A stretch of DNA of 64,000 nt from Eledone cirrhosa. Lineage: Eukaryota. Below the pieces are notes generated by a model. The model searched no databases. It was given only the letters and a program-made list of their open reading frames with translations, and was not told the origin of the DNA. Shown here piece by piece: positions 54,001-64,000 of the stretch (position 1 is the stretch's first letter; every line of letters starts with the position of its first letter). The position numbers and the translations under genes were made by a program. The stretch spans positions 13,268,001-13,332,000 of the forward strand of contig OZ024741.1 in NCBI GenBank assembly GCA_964016885.1, in the 5' to 3' direction.

Positions 54001-57000
54001 GTACTGGGTGTATGGTTTCTATAGCTGGATGTCCTTCCTTACACCAACCACATTACAGAGTGTACTGGGTGTATGGTTTCTATGGCTGGATGTCCTTCCT
54101 TACACCAACCACATTACAGAGTGTACTGGGTGTATGGTTTCTATAGCTGGATGTCCTTCCTTACACCAACCACACTACAGAGTGTACTGGGTGTATGGTT
54201 TCTATGGCTGGATGTCCTTCCTAACACCAACCACATTACAGAGTGTACTGGGTGTATGGTTTCTATGGCTGGATGTCCTTCCTAACACCAACCACATTAC
54301 AGAGTGTACTGGGTGTATGGTTTCTATGGCTGGATGTCCTGCCTAACACCAAGCACATTACAGAGTGTACTGGGTGTATGGTTTCTATGGCTGGATGTCC
54401 TTCCTAACACCAACCACATTACAGAGTGTACTGGGTGTATGGTTTCTATGGCTGGATGTCCTGCCTAACACCAACCACATTACAGAGTGTACTGGGTGTA
54501 TGGTTTCTATGGCTGGATGTCCTTCCTAACACCAACCACATTACAGAGTGTACTGGGTGTATGGTTTCTATAGCTGGATGTCCTGCCTAACACCATCCAC
54601 ATTACAGAGTGTACTGGGTGTATGGTTTCTATGGCTGGATGTCCTTCCTTACACCAGCCACATTACAGAGTGTACTGGGTGTATGGTTTCTATGGCTGGA
54701 TGTCCTTCCTTACACCAACCACATTACAGAGTGTACTGGGTGTATGGTTTCTATGGTTGGATGTCCTTCCTAACACCATCCACATTACAGAGTGTACTGG
54801 GTGTATGGTTTCTATGGCTGGATGTCCTTCCTTACACCAACCACATTACAGGGTGTACTGGGTGTATGGTTTCTATGGCTGGATGTCCTTCCTTACACCA
54901 ACCACATTACAGAGTGTACTGGGTGTATGGTTTCTATGGCTGGATGTCCTTCCTAACACCATCCACATTACAGAGTGTACTGGGTGTATGGTTTCTATGG
55001 CTGGATGTCCTTCCTAACACCAACCACATTACAGAGTGTACTGGGTGTATGGTTTCTATGGCTGGATGTCCTTCCTAACACCATCCACATTACAGAGTGT
55101 ACTGGGTGTATGGTTTCTATGGCTGGATGTCCTTCCTAACACCAACCACATTACAGAGTGTACTGGGTGTATGGTTTCTATAGCTGGATGTCCTTCCTAA
55201 CACCAACCACATTACAGAGTGTACTGGGTGTATGGTTTCTATGGCTGGATGTCCTGCCTAACACCATCCACATTACAGAGTGTACTGGGTGTATGGTTTC
55301 TATGGCTGCATGTCCTTCCTAACACCAACCACATTACAGAGTGTACTGGGTGTGTGGTTTCTATGGCTGGATGTCCTTCCTAACACCATCCACATTACAG
55401 AGTGTACTGGGTGTATGGTTTCTATGGCTGGATGTCCTTCTTTACACCAACCACATTACAGAGTGTACTGGGTGTAAAGTTGCTATGGCTGGATGTCCTT
55501 CCTTACACCAACCACATTACAGAGTGTACTGGGTGTATGGTTTCTATGGCTGGATGTCCTTCCTAACACCAACCACATTACAGAGTGTACTGGGTGTATG
55601 GTTTCTATGGCTGGATGTCCTTCCTTACACCAACTACAACACAGAGTGTACTGGGTGTATGGTTTCTATGGCTGGATGTCCTTCCTAACACCAACCACAT
55701 TACAGAGTGTACTGGGTGTATGGTTTCTATGGCTGGATGTCCTTCCTAACACCAACTACACCACAGAGTGTACTGGGTGTATGGTTTCTATGGCTGGATG
55801 TCCTTCCTAACACCAACCACATTACAGAGTGTACTGGGTGTATGGTTTCTATGGCTGCATGTCCTTCCTTACACCAACCACATTACAGAGTGTACTGGGT
55901 GTAAAGTTTCTATGGCTGCATGTCCTTCCTAACACCAACCACATTACAGAGTGTACTGGGTGTATGGTTTCTATGGCTGGATGTCCTTCCTAACACCAAC
56001 CACATTACAGAGTGTACTGGGTGTATGGTTTCTATAGCTGGATGTCCTTCCTAACACCAACCAAATTACAGAGTGTACTGGGTGTAAAGTTTCTAATGGC
56101 TGCATGTCCTTCCTAACACCAACCACATTACAGAGTGTACTGGGTGTAAAGTTTCTATGGCTGGATGTCCTTCCTTACACCAACCACATTACAGAGTGTA
56201 CTGGGTGTATGGTTTCTATGGCTGGATGTCCTTCCTAACACCAACCACATTACAGAGTGTACTGGGTGTATGGTTTCTATGGCTGGATGTCCTTCCTAAC
56301 ACCAACCACATTACAGAGTGTACTGGGTGTATGGTTTCTATGGCTGGATGTCCTTCCTAACACCAACCACATTACAGAGTGTACTGGGTGTATGGTTTCT
56401 ATGGCTGGATGTCCTTCCTAACACCAACCACATTACAGAGTGTACTGGGTGTATGGTTTCTATGGCTGGATGTCCTTCCTAACACCAACCACATTACAGA
56501 GTGTACTGGGTGTATGGTTTCTATGGCTGGATGTCCTTCCTAACACCAACCACATTACAGAGTGTACTGGGTGTATGGTTTCTATGGCTGGATGTCCTTC
56601 CTAACACCAACCACATTACAGAGTGTACTGGGTGTATGGTTTCTATGGCTGGATGTCCTTCCTAACACCAACCACATTACAGAGTGTACTGGGTGTATGG
56701 TTTCTATGGCTGGATGTCCTTCCTAACACCAACCACATTACAGAGTGTACTGGGTGTATGGTTTCTATGGCTGGATGTCCTTCCTAACACCAACCACATT
56801 ACAGAGTGTACTGGGTGTATGGTTTCTATGGCTGGATGTCCTTCCTAACACCAACCACATTACAGAGTGTACTGGGTGTATGGTTTCTATGGCTGGATGT
56901 CCTTCCTAACACCAACCACATTACAGAGTGTACTGGGTGTATGGTTTCTATGGCTGGATGTCCTTCCTAACACCAACCACATTACAGAGTGTACTGGGTG

Positions 57001-60000
57001 TATGGTTTCTATGGCTGGATGTCCTTCCTAACACCAACCACATTACAGAGTGTACTGGGTGTATGGTTTCTATGGCTGGATGTCCTTCCTAACACCAACC
57101 ACATTACAGAGTGTACTGGGTGTATGGTTTCTATGGCTGGATGTCCTTCCTAACACCAACCACATTACAGAGTGTACTGGGCGTATGGTTTCTATGGCTG
57201 GATGTCCTTCCTAACACCAACCACATTACAGAGTGTACTGGGTGTATGGTTTCTATGGCTGGATGTCCTTCCTAACACCAACCACATTACAGAGTGTACT
57301 GGGTGTATGATTTCTATGGCTGGATGTCCTTCCTTACACCAACCACTTTACAGAGTGTACTGGGTGTATGGTTTCTATAGCTGGATGTCCTTCCTAACAC
57401 CAACCACTTTACAGAGTGTACTGGGTGTATGGTTTCTATGGCTGGATGTCCTTCCTAACACCAACCACATTACAGAGTGTACTGGGTGTAAAGTTTCTAT
57501 GGCTGGTTGTCCTTCCTAACACCAACCACATTACAGAGTGTACTGGGTGTATGGTTTCTATGGCTGGATGTCCTTCCTAACACCAACCACATTACAGAGT
57601 GTACTGGGTGTATGGTTTCTATGGCTGGATGTCCTTCCTAACACCAACCACATTACAGAGTGTACTGGGTGTAAAGTTTCTATGGCTGGATGTCCTTCCT
57701 AACACCAACCACATTACAGAGTGTACTGGGTGTATGGTTTCTATGGCTGGATGTCCTTCCTAACACCAACCACTTTACAGAGTGTACTGGGTGTATGGTT
57801 TCTATGGCTGGATGTCCTTCCTAACACCAACCACTTTACAGAGTGTACTAGGTGTATGGTTTCTATGGCTGGATGTCCTGCCTAACACCAACCACATTAC
57901 AGAGTGTACTGGGTGTATGGTTTCTATGGCTGGATGTCCTTCCTAACATCAACCACATTACAGAGTGTACTGGGTGTATGGTTTCTATGGCTGGATGTCC
58001 TGCCTAACACCAACCACATTACAGAGTGTACTGGGTGTATGGTTTCTATGGCTGGATGTCCTTCCTAGCACCAACCACACTACAGAGTGTACTGGGTGTA
58101 TGGTTTCTATGGCTGGATGTCCTGCCAAACACCAACCACATTACAGAGTGTACTGGGTGTAAAGTTTCTATGGCTGGAAGTCCTTCCTAACACCAACTAC
58201 ACCACAGAGTGTACTGGGTGTAAAGTTTCTATGGCTGCATGTCCTTCCTAACACCAGCCACATTACAGAGTGTACTGGGTGTATGGTTTCTATAGCTGGA
58301 TGTCCTTCCTAACACCAACCACATTACAGAGTGTACTGGGTGTATGGTTTCTATGGCTGGATGTCCTTCCTAACACCAACCACATTACAGAGGGTACTGG
58401 GTGTAAAGTTTCTATGGCTGGATGTCCTTCCTAACACCAACCACATTACAGAGTGTACTGGGTGTATGGTTTCTATGGCTGGATGTCCTTCCTAACACCA
58501 ACCACATTACAGAGGGTACTGGGTGTAAAGTTTCTATGGCTGGATGTCCTTCCTAACACCAACCACATTACAGAGTGTACTGGGTGTATGGTTTCTATGG
58601 CTGGATGTCCTTCCTTACACCAACCACATTAGAGTGTACTGGGTGTATGGTTTCTATGGCTGGATGTCCTTCCTAACACCAACCACATTACAGAGTGTAC
58701 TGGGTGTAAAGTTTCTATGGCTGCATGTCCTTCCTAACACCAACCACATTACAGAGTGTACTGGGTGTATGGTTTCTATGGCTGGATGTCCTTCCTTACA
58801 CCAACCACATTACAGAGTGTACTAGGTGTATGGTTTCTATGGCTGGATGTCCTTCCTTACACCAACCACATTACAGAGTGTACTGGGTGTATGATTTCTA
58901 TGGCTGGATGTCCTTCCTAACACCAACCACATTACAGAGTGTACTGGGTGTATGGTTTCTGTGGCTGGATGTCCTTCCTAACACCAACCACACTACAGAG
59001 TGTACTGGGTGTATCGTTTCTATGGCTAGATGTCCTTCATTACACCAACTACACTACAGAGTGTACTGGGTGTATGGTTTCTATGGCTGCATGTCCTTCC
59101 TAACACCAACCACATTACAGAGTGTACTGGGTGTAAAGTTTCTATGGCTGGATGTCCTTCATTACACCAACTACACTACAGAGTGTACTGGGTGTATGGT
59201 TTCTATGGCTGCATGTCCTTCCTAACACCAACCACATTACAGAGTGTACTGGGTGTAAAGTTTCTATGGCTGGATGTCCTTCATTACACCAACTACACTA
59301 CAAAGTGTACTGGGTGTATGGTTTCTATGGCTGGATGTCCTTCCTAACATCAACCACATTACAGAGTGTACTGTGTGTATGGTTTCTATGGCTGCATGTC
59401 CTTCCTAACACCAACCACATTAGAGTGTACTGGGTGTATGGTTTCTATGGCTGGATGTCCTTCCTAACACCAACCACATTAGAGTGTACTGGGTGTATGG
59501 TTTCTATGGCTGGATGTCCTGCCTAACACCATCCACATTACAGAGTGTACTGGGTGTATGGTTTCTATGGCTGGATGTCCTTCCTAACACCAACCACATT
59601 ACAGAGTGTACTGGGTGTATGGTTTCTATGGCTGGATGTCCTGCCTAACACCATCCACATTACAGAGTGTACTGGGTGTATGGTTTCTATGGCTGGATGT
59701 CCTTCCTAACACCTACCACATTACAGAGTGTACTGGGTGTATGGTTTCTATGGCTGGATGTCCTTCCTAACACCAACCACATTACAGAGTGTACTGGGTG
59801 TAAAGTTTCTATGGCTGGATGTCCTTCCTAACACCAACCACATTACAGAGTGTACTGGGTGTATGGTTTCTATGGCTGCATGTCCTTCCTAACGCCAACC
59901 ACATTACAGAGTGTACTGGGTGTAAAGTTTCTATGGCTGGATGTCCTTCCTAACACCAACCACATTACAGAGTGTACTGGGTGTATGGTTTCTATGGCTG

Positions 60001-63000
60001 GATGTCCTTCCTAACACCAACTACATTGCAGAGTGTACTGGGTGTAAAGTTTCTATGGCTGGATGTCCTTCCTAACACCAACCACATTACAGAGTGTACT
60101 GGGTGTATGGTTTCTATGGCTGCATGTCCTTCCTAACACCAACTACATTACAGAGTGTACTGGGTGTGTGGTTTCTATGGCTGCATGTCCTTCCTAACAC
60201 CAACCACATTACAGAGTGTACTGGGTGTATGGTTTCTATGGCTGGATGTCCTTCCTTACACCAACCACATTACAGAGTGTACTGGGTGTATGGTTTCTGT
60301 GGCTGGATGTCCTTCCTTACACCAACCACACTACAGAGTGTACTGGGTGTATGGTTTCTATGGCTGGATGTCCTTCCTAACACCAACAACATTACAGAGT
60401 GTACTGGGTGTATGGTTTCTATGGCTGGATGTCCTTCCTAACACCAACAACATTACAGAGTGTACTGGGTGTATGGTTTCTATGGCTGGATGTCCTTCCT
60501 AACACCAACCACATTACAGAGTGTACTGGGTGTATGGTTTCTATGGCTGGCTGTCCTTCCTAACACCTACCACACTACAGAGTGTACTGGGTGTATGGTT
60601 TCTATGGCTGGATATCCTTCCTAACACCAACCACATTACAGAGTGTACTGGGTGTATGGTTTCTATGGCTGGATGTCCTTCCTAACACCAACCACATTAC
60701 AGAGTGTACTGGGTGTATGGTTTCTATGGCTGGATATCCTTCCTAACACCAACCACATTACAGAGTGTACTGGGTGTATGGTTTCTATGGCTGGATGTCC
60801 TTCCTTACACCAATCACATTACAGAGTGTACTGGGTGTATGGTTTCTATGGCTGGATGTCCTTCCTTAGACCAACCACATTACAGAGTGTACTGGGTGTA
60901 TCGTTTCTATGGCTGGATGTCCTTCCTAACACCAACTACACCACAGAGTGTACTGGGTGTATGGTTTCTATGGCTGGATGTCCTTCCTTAGACCAACCAC
61001 ATTACAGAGTGTACTGGGTGTATCGTTTCTATGGCTGGATGTCCTTCCTAACACCAACTACACCACAGAGTGTACTGGGTGTATGGTTTCTATGGCTGGA
61101 TGTCCTTCCTAACACCAACCACATTACAGAGTGTACTGGGTGTATGGTTTCTATGGCTGGATGTCCTTCCTTAGACCAACCACATTACAGAGTGTACTGG
61201 GTGTATCGTTTCTATGGCTGGATGTCCTTCCTAACACCAACTACACCACAGAGTGTACTGGGTGTATGGTTTCTATGGCTGGATGTCCTTCCTAACACCA
61301 ACCACATTACAGAGTGTACTGGGTGTATGGTTTCTATGGCTGGATGTCCTTCCTTAGACCAACCACATTACAGAGTGTACTGGGTGTATCGTTTCTATGG
61401 CTGGATGTCCTTCCTAACACCAACTACACCACAGAGTGTACTGGGTGTATGGTTTCTATGGCTGGATGTCCTTCCTAACACCAACCACATTACAGAGTGT
61501 ACTGGGTGTATGGTTTCTATGGCTGGATGTCCTTCCTAACACCAACTACACCACAGAGTGTACTGGGTGTATGGTTTCTATGGCTGGATGTCCTTCCTAA
61601 CACCAACCACATTACAGAGTGTACTGGGTGTATGGTTTCTATGGCTGGATGTCCTTCCTAACACCAACCACATTACAGAGTGTACTGGGTGTATGGTTTC
61701 TATGGCTGGATGTCCTTCCTAACACCAACCACATTACAGAGTGTACTGGGTGTATGGTTTCTATGGCTGGATGTCCTTCCTAACACCAACCACATTACAG
61801 AGTGTACTGGGTGTATGGTTTCTATGGCTGGATGTCCTTCCTTACACCAACCACATTACAGAGTGTACTGGGTGTAAAGTTTCTATGGCTGCATGTCCTT
61901 CCTAACACCAACCACATTACAGAGTGTACTGGGTGTATGGTTTCTATGGCTGGATGTCCTGCCTAACACCAACCACATTACAGAGTGTACTGGGTGTATG
62001 GTTTCTATGGCTGGATGTCCTTCCTAACACCAACCACACTACAGAGTGTACTGGGTGTAAAGTTTCTATGGCTAGAAGTCCTTCCTAACACCAACTACAC
62101 CACAGAGTGTACTGGGTGTAAAGTTTCTATGGCTGCATGTCCTTCCTAACACCAACCACATTACAGAGTGTACTGGGTGTATGGTTTCTATGGCTGGATG
62201 TCCTTCCTAACACCAACCACATTACAGAGTGTACTGGGTGTATGGTTTCTATGGCTGGATGTCCTTCCTTACACCAACCACATTACAGAGTGTACTGGGT
62301 GTATGGTTTCTATAGCTGGATGTCCTTCCTAACACCAACCACATTACAGAGTGTACTGGGTGTAAAGTTTCTATGGCTGCATGTCCTTCCTAACATCAAC
62401 CACATTACAGAGTGTACTGGGTGTAAAGTTTCTATGGCTGGATGTCCTTCCTAACACCAACCACATTACAGAGTGTACTGGGTGTATGGTTTCTATGGCT
62501 GGATGTCCTTCCTTACACCAACCACATTAGAGTGTACTGGGTGTATGGTTTCTATGGCTGGATGTCCTTCCTTACACCAACCACACTACAGAGTGTACTG
62601 GGTGTATGGTTTCTATGGCTGGATGTCCTTCCTTACACCAACCACACTACAGAGTGTACTGGGTGTATGGTTTCTATGGCTGGATGTCCTTCCTAACACC
62701 AACCACATTACAGAGTGTACTGGGTGTATGGTTTCTATGGCTGGATGTCCTTCCTAACACCAACTACACCACAGAGTGTACTGGGTGTATGGTTTCTATG
62801 GCTGGATGTCCTTCCTAACACCAACCACATTACAGAGTGTACTGGGTGTATGGTTTCTATGGCTGGATGTCCTTCCTAACACCAACCACATTACAGAGTG
62901 TACTGGGTGTATGGTTTCTATGGCTGGATGTCCTTCCTAACACCAACCACATTACAGAGTGTACTGGGTGTATGGTTTCTATGGCTGGATGTCCTTCCTA

Positions 63001-64000
63001 ACACCAACCACATTACAGAGTGTACTGGGTGTATGGTTTCTATGGCTGGATGTCCTTCCTTACACCAACCACATTACAGAGTGTACTGGGTGTAAAGTTT
63101 CTATGGCTGCATGTCCTTCCTAACACCAACCACATTACAGAGTGTACTGGGTGTATGGTTTCTATGGCTGGATGTCCTGCCTAACACCAACCACATTACA
63201 GAGTGTACTGGGTGTATGGTTTCTATGGCTGGATGTCCTTCCTAACACCAACCACACTACAGAGTGTACTGGGTGTAAAGTTTCTATGGCTAGAAGTCCT
63301 TCCTAACACCAACTACACCACAGAGTGTACTGGGTGTAAAGTTTCTATGGCTGCATGTCCTTCCTAACACCAACCACATTACAGAGTGTACTGGGTGTAT
63401 GGTTTCTATGGCTGGATGTCCTTCCTAACACCAACCACATTACAGAGTGTACTGGGTGTATGGTTTCTATGGCTGGATGTCCTTCCTTACACCAACCACA
63501 TTACAGAGTGTACTGGGTGTATGGTTTCTATAGCTGGATGTCCTTCCTAACACCAACCACATTACAGAGTGTACTGGGTGTAAAGTTTCTATGGCTGCAT
63601 GTCCTTCCTAACATCAACCACATTACAGAGTGTACTGGGTGTAAAGTTTCTATGGCTGGATGTCCTTCCTAACACCAACCACATTACAGAGTGTACTGGG
63701 TGTATGGTTTCTATGGCTGGATGTCCTTCCTTACACCAACCACATTAGAGTGTACTGGGTGTATGGTTTCTATGGCTGGATGTCCTTCCTTACACCAACC
63801 ACACTACAGAGTGTACTGGGTGTATGGTTTCTATGGCTGGATGTCCTTCCTTACACCAACCACACTACAGAGTGTACTGGGTGTATGGTTTCTATGGCTG
63901 GATGTCCTTCCTGACACCAACCACATTACAGAGTGTACTGGGTGTAAAGTTTCTATGGCTGCATGTCCTTCCTAACACCAACCACATTACAGAGTGTACT
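48052..64000 (+). repeat. 61-bp tandem satellite, ~260 units, continuing beyond the window
   Basis: Consensus GGTTTCTATGGCTGGATGTCCTTCCTAACACCAACCACATTACAGAGTGTACTGGGTGTAT; 59-bp variants and higher-order blocks. Confidence 0.99.

Noticed and set aside
48120-63975. Dozens of repetitive ORFs (MYWVYGFYGW...)
   Set aside because: By-products of the 61-bp unit; openness depends on a taa/tta variant and the frame rotates each unit
48052-64000. CRISPR-like array
   Set aside because: No unique spacers and no cas genes; eukaryotic satellite

Overview
Repeat-dominated, AT-rich, microsatellite-rich animal genomic DNA. The SINE/LINE repertoire suggests an octopus, which is an inference. Only one host coding exon is recognisable: a 66-nt first coding exon of an INPP5A-type inositol polyphosphate 5-phosphatase (45749-45814, +), followed by an intron that holds a >=16-kb 61-bp satellite running off the window end. 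Bases 1-48 kb are a nested retroelement landscape: two Penelope-like elements (PLEs; a Naiad-like RT+GIY-YIG at 4.1-6.9 kb and a second at 30.4-31.9 kb), five Tx1/L1-clade copies, R4/Dong, RTE and CRE-like pieces, tRNA-type SINEs, a non-autonomous Helitron and a mariner-type MITE. The most striking hidden layer is about 25 short non-coding inserts in (TA)n tracts, from many unrelated sequence families. Most carry whole or partial type I hammerhead ribozyme (HHR) cores (CTGANGA...GAAA...NTH) and many are long fold-back palindromes whose axis falls in or beside the ribozyme. They include a ~190-bp family with 8 copies and a tandem ~315-nt HHR-to-HHR retrozyme-like unit. All family calls come from motifs read by eye; no searches or folding programs were run.
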